Of a DNA stretch of 60,967 bases, positions 28,365-42,437 are shown one piece after another. Source of the stretch: Girardia tigrina (taxonomy: Eukaryota); NCBI GenBank assembly GCA_001938485.1, contig MQRK01226612.1, positions 1 to 60,967 on the forward strand, written 5' to 3'. The notes beneath the pieces are model-generated. The model was not told the DNA's origin, did no database searches, and worked only from the letters and a program-made list of their open reading frames with translations. The position numbers and the translations under genes are program-made. The number at the start of each line of letters is the position of its first letter. The first letter of the stretch is position 1.

Positions 28365-28434
28365 CCTCTTAACGCACAGTTTTTTTATCGTTCAATTACA
28401 CCATGGAGTTAACTCGAACATGAACGTTAAGTGG
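28365..28434. mobile_element. 70-bp TTAA-specific mini element (piggyBac-like MITE)
   Basis: TTAA|CCTCTTAACG...CGTTAAGTGG|TTAA. Confidence 0.55.
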
Positions 28435-28599
28435 TTAAATGAAACATAATATCTTTTAATTCATTAAACTGTTCAACGCGAGTTTTGAATCCTTCAGCTA
28501 CATCTTTGTAAAATTTTTCTTTGTGCACTTACAGTTTGTCCAGAATTTGCAAGTTTGTCCAGTTTGTGAATAACAGACTCTTTTTTTTTCAAAGTATTC

Positions 28600-28900
28600 A
28601 ATAAATCTCCATATGTTTAGATGACACACACCAATAGAAGTTGCTAAAGCTCTGGGTCATCCTTCCAAATTATTATTTATCCTGGGAAAATTTCTTGTGG
28701 CAGTATTGTATGCTTTCCAGATCTTCACAGTAAATATTATAAATGCTAACTTTCACTTCGATATCTTGCAATCCACGTGTCTTCAAAATAATCTAGAAGA
28801 TGTAGTAGGAGGATCTCATTTTGTCGGTAAAAGGCAGTTTCAATAATGTTCATGTAAGCTTATATGATTCTTCCGACAGGCACATAACCTAATGCAGTTA
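28600..28900 (-). pseudogene. MULE transposase remnant
   Basis: IWKAYN..FPRINNNLEG*PRAL corresponds to the MULE W..PRTNNxxEGWH motif. Confidence 0.6.
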
Positions 28901-30402
28901 ATATTTTCAAATGCAATTTAAAGTCAGGATAATTGTGTCATATTGTTAAAAAGCATTATTAAGAGTTTGTATCTTTATCCAAATCGCCTTCCCAAAATTA
29001 ATCATTGAGTAACCAATGTGAAATGTAGAATCGCTGCATTTATGAGTGCTGACTCGTAGTCGGGCAGATTATTTGTTGGCGAAATGTTTTTCAAAAATGT
29101 TTTGAAATTTTAAACATACGATTGTAAATTCATACTTTCTCAACAAAAGCTAGTATACTAATGGAGCAAATACATTTTATATATTACATGAATTATATAT
29201 AGCTGTTTGAAGATGATGGGTACAGTCTTCATAAAACATTCCAAACCAATATAATTTTCAATTATATTATTTAACAAATTATATGGTTAAAATTTATCAG
29301 AAATATTCCATATTTATCTATGTTGTTTCAGAGTCCTGAACAAGATGAAATAATAGGTTTTTAAGACCATGTTTATAAATGTTTAAAAGAATAGGGTTTT
29401 TAATTATTTCTGTTAATGACAAATTTTAATTTTTCATATTTGTGTATTGTACTTGAGTGTATAGTAAAATAAAAAGGACATATTCTGTCATACATTTTAC
29501 CACTAGATATTACATGTTAATCACAGCACTATTAATTCAATAAAGGTTGTGTTATTAATATGTAATATCCGTTATTTCTGATGTTTTTAAAGAAATACAA
29601 AAGAATGGTAGATATGTTCTATTTATCTATTTATAATTAAATAAATTGAGGAATAATTTTAATGAAAATAAATGATATAACTTTTATAAACTCTTGATGA
29701 TAAGTTCTTCTAATTTGGACTTTAATGTTTTAAGTATTTAAGAATATTATACTTTGTACAATGTTTTTAAACGTGGTGGCGTTTAAAATTATGTAATATA
29801 TTCCTGAATAAGTCTATAAAAACTTGAGTGGAAGAGGATTATTAAAATCTGTCTGGTATCACATCAAAATAAATTGACATAATGAATTTGGCTAGAAATT
29901 TAGTAAACACGATATTCATCCCAGTTCTATTTGATTGACAATTTCAGTAATTGGTGGAAAAACATGATAATTATTGCAATAAGGTTATATATTTTGGGTT
30001 TTAGACATAAAAAATATATAATTCATAAAAATAAATATGATTAATAATTTTAGAATTTATGACTGATACAATTACTACCACAAAAATCTTTCTATGTCAG
30101 GAAATCTTGTTTTATTAATCTTCCGAAAACAAAATCTATTACAATAATCCTACTTTAGTTTAAATCCTTAGATTCACGATGTAATAAATTCAAAAATAAA
30201 TATAAAATGAATACAAATTGTAACATAAAATTGATTATAATTAAAGGAGCACTATAAAAAAATAAAAACAATAAAAAACAGTCAAGATTATATGTCGATT
30301 TGATGTCATTCAAACATCAAACGTTTTTCAACAATCAAAACTTTCATTCTGTCTGAAATTGATTTTAGGATCAAGTATGACTAACGTCCCACTTTTACCA
30401 TT

Positions 30403-30405
30403 TAT

Positions 30406-30449
<44 letters not shown>

Positions 30450-30499
30450 NNNNNNNNNNNNNNNNNNNNNNNNNNNNNNNNNNNNNNNNNNNNNNNNNN

Positions 30500-30550
<51 letters not shown>
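30403..30550. repeat. (TA)n microsatellite with gap
   Basis: TA run flanking Ns. Confidence 0.9.
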
Positions 30551-30556
<6 letters not shown>

Positions 30557-33500
30557 TATATTTCATAACCTATTGTTAAAGACTTGGTTTTTTTGTCCAG
30601 AATAGTATTAACCTTTTAACAATAGTCTAACGATTAAAGTAAAAATTCAACTGAAACAAAGGATGATTATCCTATCTCTAAAAGTATTATCCTTACTAAA
30701 AATTCATGTGCATAGAGATTATATAAAAAGTGTACAGGTACAAGTACTACAAAGAAAAGAAAATAGAAATAGATAAAGTTAATTTTATTGTGTTCCAATA
30801 ATACCAGTTTATATTGCATATTATATTTTATAACTCCATCAAATTAATTGATGAGTATCAGAATGTAGTGAAGTCTTGTTTAATTAAGGATTGAAGTGTC
30901 TCGTGTTCGAGATTTAGACTTAATATAAATTATGGATTATAATTTTATATAATGTCCGACAAGTCAAATTTTATATATCCTGAGAAATCTTTAATTTGTA
31001 ATATTAAACTAAATACGAGATAATATTTTTCAATAGTTATATTTTGTATGTAATAATGATTTTTTTGATAATTTCAAATAAAAATAATTCTGTATATCAA
31101 ATATTTAATAAATTTTAATATTTAATAATAATGTGAATAATACTCATTCATAATCAGAATTATTCAATAATAATAAAATTTTATCTATCAAACTAGAAAG
31201 CCTCACGAATCAAAGCAAAAAAAATTTTTTAAATGTTGACAAAAAACAATTTTAATTATTGACAATTAAATACATAACTTATTTTATTGTTGCCTAAAAA
31301 GTTATAATTTTCGCCATCACAATAATTAGGGAAATTTGTTTTCATTAGTCATGATAATTAATTTCTTGTCAACAATTTTGAAAATAAATTTTGTTTTTAT
31401 TTTGTTCACATGCGTAGTCAGATTTTATTACATTTTATACATATTCATATCACTTTTGAAAATCTTATTCAAGTTGCTGAATCATTTTTTTAACATTCTG
31501 GATGAAATATTGTTACTTTGCCACCCTGTTCTCGATACATAAGAATTTCATTAAATAAATTAAACGCTTTTTTCAAAAAAAAACTTTTATAATGTTTGCA
31601 TTCATTTAAGTCTTTATGTTTTATTATTTTTTAACAATTTTTTATTACAAGTGGAATTTGAAACATATGAGGAATGATATTCATTGCAAAAATTTTTTTT
31701 GAAATAAAATCACTAGACAAATATTTCAAAGGCATTCCAAAACTTTCTTATTAAAATTAGTATTAAATATTTATTTTTAAATTTATAATAACTGGTTCAC
31801 TTGTTAAGAAAATAAGCGTCAATTTGTTCATCCACATTATGTAACCCTCATTCACATGTTATTCATCCATTCAAGCATTATCGATAAAGTTAGTCATGTC
31901 TATCAAGTCAAATGACAATCTTGATTGGAAATCGAGCACTGATTCTATAATGAAAGCTAATCTTTTTTAAAAATTTATTTCTTCTGAAAAAATATCATCA
32001 TTCCAAAAACAATAATTCTATTAATTGAACCTATTAAGAACATCAATATGGGTTTTCGAACATTTATTTTCAATACAATTTGAATCGTTCTTTGAACAAC
32101 TCTCAGTCAAGCTTTCAAAATTTGACATCGTTCTAAATTGATAAAATTTTGTTTGTAATAATTTTTGTTTTTAATAAACAATTATTCGAACAAATTTGCA
32201 TTATTTTCAGATTTTATTTTTAAAGTTCTAATTTTATAATTTTAGTAATAATTTGATCTACACATTAATTTTATTTAAAAAAAATGATTTTATTTAAAGA
32301 AAAAACATTTAATTATTCAATTTGAAAATTAGTTAAAAGTTATTTACTTTCTTTAAATTTTTAATATTAAAATTTGAATCGATCTAATATTTTTAGAGTT
32401 TTTTAAATATCTTATGCTGTAATTTAAAATACAAATTATGCTTGAATAACTATTCATCGTGAACATCCAAAATATCAATTTTCCATCTGAGTGGGAGAAA
32501 CACATTTCCCAATACTAAACTCAACATACAACATTCAACATACCAATTTCCACATACCAAATTTTAAAATGTTCCTCACAGAACCCATTTACTCGACATT
32601 GTTGAACAATTGTAAATTATTATTAATTAGGTACTATAACCCAGAATTAAATGAGTAAAATAGTAATGTGACATTAGTATTGTTATTTTTATTTTTTTCG
32701 AATTTCTGTTGTTATTAATTTATAAATTATTCGAGTTTATATGAATATTTATAATTTTTTAGTTAATTTATATAATTGAAAAAGATGTACCAACTTTTTA
32801 ATATTTACAAATTTGATTTAATACATTTCAAGTTAACTTAAAAAGTTGTTTTGTAATCATTAAACCTTTATATCAATTATCGAATCCCGCTCGATTTAAA
32901 GTCTTATTTGGTTTGCGATTGTCTAACAAATATCATTTCTGACAACTACAATGACCAATGTAATCATTGTGAGCCTCATATTACATTGGATGGATTTTGT
33001 GGATAACCTCAATAAAATGTGTTTGATGGTGGTGTGTCTTGTTGGTTTGTAGTCGCTAAGTTTATTTAAAATGTGATTAATTGATTATATAAATTTTTAT
33101 ATGATCTTTTGGTGACTGTTACAGTTGTCGGACTTACATTTTCCAATCTCTTCACCAAGAATCAAACTAGCAATTCTAATGAATAAATACCCGTAGTTTG
33201 AATTGTTTCCCTAAAAGGTACGCTTCAAGAACGAACGAAGAAACAGTATTTGTGTATATCCGTCAGACTTATACACGAAAACATATATTTATCACACAGA
33301 TTAAACAAACTTTATTGAAATACATTATGAATTAATCCGAATCTTATGTTAGGTTATAAATATTGACAACTAATGTTTGGAATTATAAAAGAAGGAGAAA
33401 TATAACTCGAATAAAAAATATTTATGGAAAAAAATTATAAGTTATAATAAACTGAACAAATTCACCAATAATTTGAAAGTAAGTTATATTTTTAATTTAA

Positions 33501-34628
33501 CAATTAATATATATTAGTGAAGATTGAATAATTTTAATCTTTGGATCCCGGTTTCAAGAAATTATCTCTGACCCACGAAATTGATGATAAATATCACTTT
33601 GGATAATCTTACACCGAAATAAGCTCTGTGGAGGTTGTTAGGCAGTCAAACCTTTATGGGCTCCCAAGACCCCGACCAATATTGCAGTTGGAAACTTTTC
33701 AGTCAATTCAGTTTCTTTCACTTTAGTTTATTTTTTCCATTTTACTATCAGTCACCGAGCCGCTGGTAATGTAAATGTTGATATGTTATATTAAAACTTT
33801 TTTGGCTTATGAAAACTCAAGTATAGTCTACCAATTTATTTAGGAAGAAAAACATAAAAGAACATAGTAACTAAATTAAACTTTTGGTCATTCTAATCTT
33901 TGGGCTCCTTATAATAAATAAAAATTCTCTGTAGTAAAGTCATTTAAAATATCTTGCAAGTCAATATTCTGTAGCACGTAGTTTTCCGTGGTCTTAAATG
34001 GCGATTAAAGTTAGTCATTCTTGTGTCATTGACGCTCGATAATGAAGTTGACGTTGATTGACCATCAATCTCTTAATTTTTAATTGTTTTTTACCCTTTC
34101 AACCAATATTTATAAGACTCAATCCGACAAAAAAATTATCTTTTTATTGCAAGATCTATAAGCAGTTGTCTACTTTCTCGTATTTCACCTTACTTGTATT
34201 TCGGCACCACCTCAAAATAAAATTTTTTACTCAATTCATAAGCTGTAAGAGGGGATGTTTGTCGATAAATGTCGCGTTAATCATAGGAATGAACTAAAGT
34301 ACCATTCGAATGTAGTCAGGATGAGACAGTAAATGAACAGATTCCGAAGATAATAATACATCATTTAATTGTTATCTGAAAATGGTTTATTTTTCTGTGG
34401 TGGGATTATGGGATCAATATATTGATTGTCACTGAATAATTTCAACTTTTAAAAATTTAAAATGAATTTTATTAAATGTGTTTATAAATTAATTGTTAAA
34501 ATTCAGTGAAGGTTGATTAAATTAATTATGAATGTTCGTATGCAATTTTTATCAAGTGGAATTAATTTCACAAGGATTATAAGACCTGATGAGAACGGCG
34601 ATGGGGATCCAAATTTGATTATTTCAAA

Positions 34629-34699
34629 TATATATATATATATATATATNNNNNNNNNNNNNNNNNNNNNNNNNNNNNNNNNNNNNNNNNNNNNNNNNN

Positions 34700-34750
<51 letters not shown>
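34629..34750. repeat. (TA)n microsatellite with gap
   Basis: TA run flanking Ns. Confidence 0.9.
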
Positions 34751-34755
<5 letters not shown>

Positions 34756-35295
34756 CTAAACCGTAAAAAAATAATATTATACTACATTTTTAGATTGGGA
34801 TTAATGTTCAAAATCGTTTCGGATATTTTCCAAATAAATAACTTCTTAACAAGCTAACAATTTCCATTTTCTTTTTATATTATATTTTTGTAATTATAAA
34901 CTCAATAAGTATACGTATAAGTTCATCCCACGCTTAATAAACGTGTAAAAATTATGATTTGTTTTATTACGTTAACTCTGTAGTAGGTAATTTTTTGACA
35001 GCATATGGAGTTTAAAACCCAATTTCCATCAATGCAAATCTAAAATAAATAAAGGCACAGATAAAAGTCATGAATTTTGTACCGGTTTTTGAAAACAAAC
35101 CTTTAAATAAGGAGATTAATGGCATCACTTCTTAAAAATATAGCGATAGCCGAATTAATTAGCAGCCAAATCATTCTTGTTTTTGAATTTTATTTATTCT
35201 TTTTGTATAATGTTATTTTTAGATTTATTGTTATTCAAATAGCATAAGTTAAAATTTAAATTATTTTTATAGAAAGATTGTTTTTTTATATTAAG

Positions 35296-35961
35296 TGTTA
35301 AGAGAACTCGCACATTTGGTAGAACATTCACAATTTTGATCTATGAGAATCAATAATATTGCTCTCACTTAAATTCATCACTCAATATTTAATACTTCTC
35401 ATCCCAAATCTGAACTAACTTGAAAAGAATTATTGTATTTAAAATCTTTACATAAATTTTATGGGTTAAAATAAAATTACTTTTATAATCATTTAAAAAC
35501 ATTAATTATTTAAAATTTTCAAAAATACAATTAATAAAATTATTTAAAATTTACAATAATAATAAATTAAAAATTTAAATATTAAATCTAAATTTCAATA
35601 AATTATTTGAATAATAAACCTTTAAAGAGAAATAATTTTGTAAATGGTTGTTTCGTTTTTTGAGTTTATTACTTAAGAAGTTTTGGAAAATGTGATTATT
35701 CATTCATATCCTTTATTTAAACATGTATTAAATTTAAAAAAACTTTCTTTTGATATAATTATCGCAACAATCTGCTTTGAATTAACAACTTTTAATAATA
35801 AATAAGTTTCAGATTAAAAGAATTAAAATATTAATCATCCATGTGATTAGGAGAGACACAATCCCAAATCAACACACAACATTTAAACATGCAAACAATA
35901 CACAAAACATTCCAAATTAGCCATTCCATATTTCTGATCAACATTCTAAATATTCTTCACA
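35296..35961 (-). mobile_element. Solo-LTR-like dispersed repeat; related ends at ~13930 (+), ~32580 and 48146
   Basis: TG..CA termini, near-TSD TTAAG/ATAAG; shared block ATCCAT.TG..TAGGAGAGACACA..CCAAATCAACA..AAATATTC(C/T)TCACA in several copies. Confidence 0.6.
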
Positions 35962-36200
35962 ATAAGATTGTACGATAAACAGTTTTTATCAAATAATCAG
36001 CCGTTTTAAAGAACTGAAGAATATATCATGAATGGTTTTCTGGGTTTGTTGCACAATGAATATAATATTTAATACTTAAAACGCTACCAAATCATGTAAA
36101 AACCTTTTTATGTACATTATAGTAATAAATAAATTTTATATGAATAAATATTTGATTAAACATACTTTAAATAAATATAAATATATGTATATAAATTTAG

Positions 36201-36339
36201 GGCAGGAGTTATCATATTTTGTGGATATTTACTGGGATTTGGAGATAGTATTTTCAATACACAAGCAATGTCTCTCTTAGGCGATGTATACCGAGGAATC
36301 GAAAGTCCCTCAGCTTTTGCATTGTTTAACTTCATGAAG
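36201..36339 (+). CDS. MFSD11: MFSD11/UNC-93-like transporter, penultimate exon
   Basis: tttag|..|gt; FCGYLLGFGDSIFNTQ..SAFALFNFMK matches LLGLGDSCFNTQ..AFAIFKFVQ. Confidence 0.9.
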
Positions 36340-37320
36340 GTTTTTTATAATGCTTTTATAATTAAAAAACTAAGATACATTTAGAAATAATTAATGTTTA
36401 TTATTTTATCTGAAATTTATTTGTTTTTATTAATCCTACTGAAAATGATAACGTCAAATAATATGTAAAAATATTTGTTTTATCTATGAATATACTGGAA
36501 TTATGATTTCACTGTTTCGGTCATACTAAAACTTTTTGCATGTTATATTTCAACATTATTAATTTTAATTGTAATCTATCATGTAAGTTCATTATATAAT
36601 ATGACACGAACACATGTCACACTATTGCGCAAAGTTTTTCTCGGTGAATAAAACGATTATCATAACCGTTTCACATTTTCAGTTTCATTTTAAGATTTTA
36701 GATCGTTTTTTGAACCTTTAAAGAGAAATAATCTTTTAAAAGGTTGTATAAATATACAGCTATTGGTTTTAGTTTATTACTTAAGAAGTTTTGGAAAGTA
36801 TGATTATTCATTCTTATCCTTTATTTAAACTTTAAAAAAATTAAAAAAACTTTCTTTGATATAATTATCGTAACAATCTGTTTTATCGTAACATCTTTTA
36901 ATAATAAATAATTAATTTCCATTTTTTTCTTTTATTGTTATTCAAAGTTATTAGTGTAAAAATGGCGTATAAATTTATCATTAGACTAAATCAGTAATTT
37001 TTTTCAATTTGATCTGTATATGTTATTTATGAAGACTTGCAGTCCTTGGGAGGCTTGTATAATCATTGTATATTCGATTTTTATTATAAACAATAATTTT
37101 GTATCAATCCATTGTTTCTATCTTTTATTTCCATTTATTTTCTTATTGATGTATTGGTACAAATATAAATTTATTGAAAAATAATGAATGCATTTAATTG
37201 ATCAACAAATTCTAAAGTTTTAATGAATAAATATATCAAAAAATTTGGTCACGTTTTCAAAATTATTGATTTAATTTTTATAATGTAATATTTGATTTGG
37301 ATTCTGTCTTTCCTTTTCAG

Positions 37321-37494
37321 TCTCTAACATCAGCAATCGCATTCTTTTATTGCACCAAACTCACCATTCAATGGCAGTTATTAATTTTGGCAATCACTGG
37401 AATATCTGGAACAATCGCCTTTATCTTCGTAGAACGACAATGTCGAGAAATGGTTCTTGCACGCAATATTCAAATTATTGATTCAGATGACTGA
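37321..37494 (+). CDS. MFSD11: MFSD11/UNC-93-like transporter, last coding exon
   Basis: tttcag|SLTSAIAFFY..QWQLLIL..GTIAFIFVE..stop matches the MFSD11 C-terminus. Confidence 0.9.
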   Translation, partial: SLTSAIAFFYCTKLTIQWQLLILAITGISGTIAFIFVERQCREMVLARNIQIIDSDD

Positions 37495-37926
37495 TGCTCA
37501 CTATCATATTACATTTTAATTATTTTTTGTATGATTTAAATTATTTTGTCTACATAAAAGTTTTAATGGAGTTAGAATTTATTCAGTTAAAAAGTTTAAT
37601 TTGTTTCTTTCTTGTCTTTTTTATGGTTTTTCGTATTATCTAATTGTTAAAAAGTAATTTTTATAACCCTAATGGTAGTCTAGACGTTTGTTATGTAATG
37701 CACTTACATGATTATTTTTATTTTTAAATTGATCATGATAAAAAAACAAATAAACGATTGTAAGAAATGTATCTTTTTATCGGACAAAAAAATATATTTT
37801 AACTAAACAAAATTATTTATCAATTTTCAAAAAAATAAATAAAATAAAAGTAAATAACGACAGATTTATATTTAATAAATAAAGAGGAATGGGAGTCAAT
37901 GGATAAATGAGTGTGTAAATGATACC

Positions 37927-38003
37927 GGCCAATGAAATCAATCCGATCATTTGAATGGATACTATTAGCGGTGTTAATTTTTGCAGCATGATGTGTATAA
38001 ATA
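37927..38003 (+). promoter_or_regulatory. Putative follistatin core promoter (CCAAT 37929-37933, TATAAATA 37996-38003)
   Basis: Canonical spacing of CCAAT and TATA, 55-130 bp upstream of the ATG. Confidence 0.5.
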
Positions 38004-38058
38004 GATTTTAGTTGGATTGTCTAATAATTTTCAACAAATTTTGCGGATTAAAAAATAA

Positions 38059-39913
38059 ATGTTTATAACATTACAATTGATATTTTTGTCGGTTCTTTGT
38101 AATATCGCGACCACCGCACGCAATGGTAATTTTAAGAGTAAGAATTTTCATAAAATGTATAACGAATGATTAATAATTGTATATTATGTTAGCTGGAGCT
38201 TGTTTTTTACGAAAATCATCGAGAGGTTGTCGGGTTTTTATTGGTTATATGAGTCGGAAAAATTGTTGTCAATTCAAAGGCTATTTCGTACGAGACCCAA
38301 ATGAAGGTCGATTGTTTTTGGCGGCATTTCTCAAGCATCATAGTATTCCAAATTGTGAAAATTCATGTGAACAAGGTAAAAAAAGCTGTCATAATCCACT
38401 TTCAAGGTTGAAATTCGAAATTTCTATTCTTAGATTTTTGTGCTGAAAAAAGATGTCCAGTCGGTGAATTTTGTATTGTGAGAGAGAATGACAGTATTTG
38501 TTCGTCGGATTGCGTTTGTACCGATGAACAGAGGTTAAGCGGTCCAGTCTGTACGTCGAATGGACGTCGATATCGAAATTTTTGTCAACTTCATCTTGAT
38601 TCTTGTTGGAGTAATGTAAAGTATCAGATCGCACCTTGTTCGCAAACCGGGTGCGAAAGGTTGAAATGTTATGAGAAAAATAAAAAATGTGTCTTGTCAC
38701 TTCATGGACGAGTAAAATGTGTGACGAGTAAAATCACGTGTAATAATAGCGAATATGACCCGATTTGTGGAGTTGATGGAGTGACTTATTCCAATCGATG
38801 TCAGTTGAAACAGGCGTCCATTGATCGAGGAATTGAGATTCAAATTGCCTATAAAGGGGTTTGTAGAGGTAAGCGGTAATATTGTTTTATATTTTAATTC
38901 TATAATGAAATGTCTAATTGTGAAAAATGGGGATAAATGGGTGAAAATGACAGCGGAAAGATTGTTAAAAATCACGTGATCAAAAAATATTTTTATTTAT
39001 TTATATGATTGAAAGTTTTGTAACTTGTTTTATTATTATTATTATTTCTTGGTTAATTTTGAATGCAGACAACACCCTGAAGTGTGGGAACTGTTAAATT
39101 CAGTGAGAGTTGAACATCGACTAATTAATAAGATCATAATTGGTCGATATGTGTGGTCGGCATTTGATTTTGATACTTTGAATAATTACTTGGCGTTTTA
39201 TAATTCGAATTTGGCTCATTGGCATGATATATTTGGCTACTCTTTCTCGATGAATGATGTGTGTCGATTTGGGTGTGTGTGTGTGTCTATGTGTGTGTTT
39301 GTTGGTTACTGAACGAGCTACCTACCTCACAGAGTGTCTGTTCTAGCGGTTTTTTTAATTTTTTCTCAGTAACGCAACAGTTTTTTTTTTCGATCAAGAC
39401 CAGACACATTCGCGAGTGTGTGTGTACATGGTGTGTGGGTGTATGTATTACTATAGACAGAGTAGTTGGAGAAAAATTAATGTCTGCTGTAATTTTGGCA
39501 TGTTGGCTATTCAATTTCTGTTTTACTTTTACCACAAATGACATGAATGTCTATTTCGTATAATTTTTTTTTCTTTTATGCTTTAATCATTTATCAATTG
39601 ACAATTAACTAAATTTAATTTACTTTTTTCCAAATTTCCAGCCGATGCAAACTGTATGAACGTCGAATGTCAAGAGGCTGACATGTCTTGTGTTACTCAC
39701 TACAGAAATTCATCTCCAGTTTGCATGAAATGTCCTGACACAATGCAACAATGCGATAATCCGAAGTATCAATCTCTAGAGTTGTTATGTCTCTCAACGC
39801 GTTACGAAACACGAAATACTTGTTTCAAAGATTATTTATCGTGTCAAAATTCTGTCTTTATTGAAATAATCCATTCTGGCAATTGTCTTCTGAATGCCAA
39901 GTGGCCTCGATGA
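38059..39913 (+). CDS. fst: Follistatin, 318 aa; exons 38059-38125, 38193-38375, 38434-38868, 39642-39913
   Basis: Signal peptide MFITLQLIFLSVLC; N-terminal domain AGACFLR..GCRV..SRKNCC..PNCENSC; three FS/Kazal modules (GPVCTSNGRRYRNFC, DPICGVDGVTYSNRC..AYKGVC, LCLSTRYETRNTC..HSGNC); all introns GT-AG phase 1; exons sum to 957 nt in frame. Confidence 0.95.
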
Positions 39914-42437
39914 AAACGATTTGGGATTCTTTGATTTTTTTTTCATGTGTAATAACAATGATTTATCGAAAAAAAACCGATATTGGATTTTATAACACAA
40001 AATCAGTGGCATAATTATTATTAAAAAAATTCTGTAGAGTTTACCTTACTGAGAATAGCTGTACTTCAATTGATAAAACGCATTTACAAAAAAAAACGTA
40101 TTATTTGGAGTCACTCATTTTGTAAAGATTACTTTTATAAAATATTTATGTAAAATTGTACTTTTGATTGATTTTATATAACCGAGGTTTATTGTTGAGC
40201 ATATTAACTAAAAGATTTCTTTTATTTAAAGATATGATCAACGAGACTGAAGTTTATTGGTATTTTATATATGTTAAATACAAATCATCACTTTAACAGT
40301 CTTTTTTTCTTGATCGATTTGAGAGTGATTTTTTGAACAAATTTTACAATGAACATTGACGAATGGTTGTCCTTGAAGGATGCTGCATTTAAGGGAAAGA
40401 CTGTCCTACCGACCTCACGAAATATGAATAAATTCATCTCAGTTTTTACAGACAGCAAAACAATTTTAAGTTCAAAACGATTTATTACGTCAATTATAAT
40501 TGTCATTCGTGCAGGTATTTTCTGTTTTTACTGATGATTGAACTTTTCCAGTTAATCTAATAACTAAAATGTCTTGAAAATAAATCTTTGGATTAGTTAA
40601 AGAAAAACTTTAACGTACATTTTGGACAGATTTAAAAATTATTTGAAAATCTCCAAAAATAGTGTGACATTATTTAAGGATGACCTCTTAGATTCGTTCA
40701 AAAATTTTACAAATAAACAGATTTAGTAACCGAAAAATTTTTTATAAGCTTTTTAAATTTGTCATTGATTTTCGTTAAAATATGTATTTATTTCTTCGAA
40801 TTTGTGCTATTTTAATTTTGACAATCTGATATCATAAATAATATTTTAGCACAAATTGATAAAAATAAATGTATTTTTTATTAAAAAATATATTTCTAAA
40901 TATTTAACCAATTATCGATGCGAATTAATCTTTCACCATCATTTTGCCATTTGAAAATATGTTTTTTTCTAATTTCATTGACGAAATGAAATTTTACAAT
41001 TTCAGTTAATTATAAAATAAAAACGAAAAATATTTTGCGAACATTTTTACTTTTTTTAGTGATGGATTAAGAATAAGTCGATGACATAAAAAAGGATCGT
41101 CAATTGTAAAATACTTTTCTTTAATAGATTTGGAGAATTTCAAATCTTTTTACCGTCAAACCGCCATGATGTAAAATGTAGAAATTTGATGAACAAGAAA
41201 AGAATCAAAATAAGTTATTGGTCACAAATAAAATATTAAAACAATATCAATCTGACTTATAAACTTAAAAAGATGAAAATTTAAAATGAATTCAACACCA
41301 AAACTACCAATCAGTCAAAATGACGGATTGAACATTTAGGAATTTCAATTTCTATAATAATTATGTAAATATTGTTTTAGATTATTATGTAAAATATTAT
41401 TATTCATATAATTATAATTATAATTTAATGATAATGTTCCTTTTAAGCATTTTAATTTAAATAATAGGAAAAGTTAGACTGATACACATTTTACCTCGGT
41501 AATTTTAATGTTAAATGCTTTTGAGTTAACTTTAAGCTTTTGTAAATTGTTGGGTATTCAAAAGTAACAGTTTTCTTTATTGTCTTTAAATTTCATTTTT
41601 GTTATAACATTTGTCTGACTCCTTTAAACAAAAGGTTCTTCCAACGTCTTGTCTGTAAACAATTCCTCGCTTGAGGGTATGAATACAATGAATCTTACAA
41701 GAAACTGTTTCACAATTTATTTTATCAATAATCTTTTAATTACCTCGCAAGAGATATCTACTAGTCGATTCATTCAAATATAATAAATAATAAATTTTTA
41801 TTTTTAATAACATATAAATAAAAGCATTATTCTTTTAAGACAACAAATTTTTTGCACAGTATTTTTTAATAAATGCTCAGTAAAAGTAGTTTTTTCTCAG
41901 TATTTTAAGCATTATTTTAATAAAATTAAAAAAATACTCAGTATTTAAATGAACAATGTTCAGTAAAAATAAATACATACATGGTATTGAAATGAATAAT
42001 GTTCAATAAAATAAAAATTAAGTCTTTTATTGGTTTTGTACTAATACTTGAGTCGTTTTATTGATCGACCTCTTATTATTTTATCGACTGTTGCTATTTG
42101 CTTGGCATTTGCAAGAGATTTCACATATTTAAGCGAATTGCAATTGCAATTACATGTTTGCTCTTGTACTGCTTTAAATAGACTAAAAATAGACTAAAAA
42201 AACTTTAAATAGAATAAAAAAGTGCTAATCGATCACTGCACAGTGCCCAAATGTGCTAATCGATATTTTTTAAGTGCTAATTGATAGTGCAAATTGTGCC
42301 GCACATTTCTAATGTGCTAGCACAGTGCTTTTCAAGTTGCACATGTGCAAAAGTGCAAAAATTTGTATGCAAAAGTTGTATGCAATTCCTCGTACAAATT
42401 CTAGTAATTCTCTATTTTTGAAGTCATTGACGACTTC

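Noticed and set aside
36715-36910. ~190-bp near-duplicate of 35620-35800
   Set aside because: Probably an ordinary dispersed repeat fragment; no termini or coding signal
39025-39563. ORFs on both strands inside follistatin intron 3
   Set aside because: Low-complexity GT-rich translations; the flanking exons splice in frame without them
40288-40534. Overlapping short ORFs downstream of follistatin
   Set aside because: No domain, convincing splice context or consistent frame
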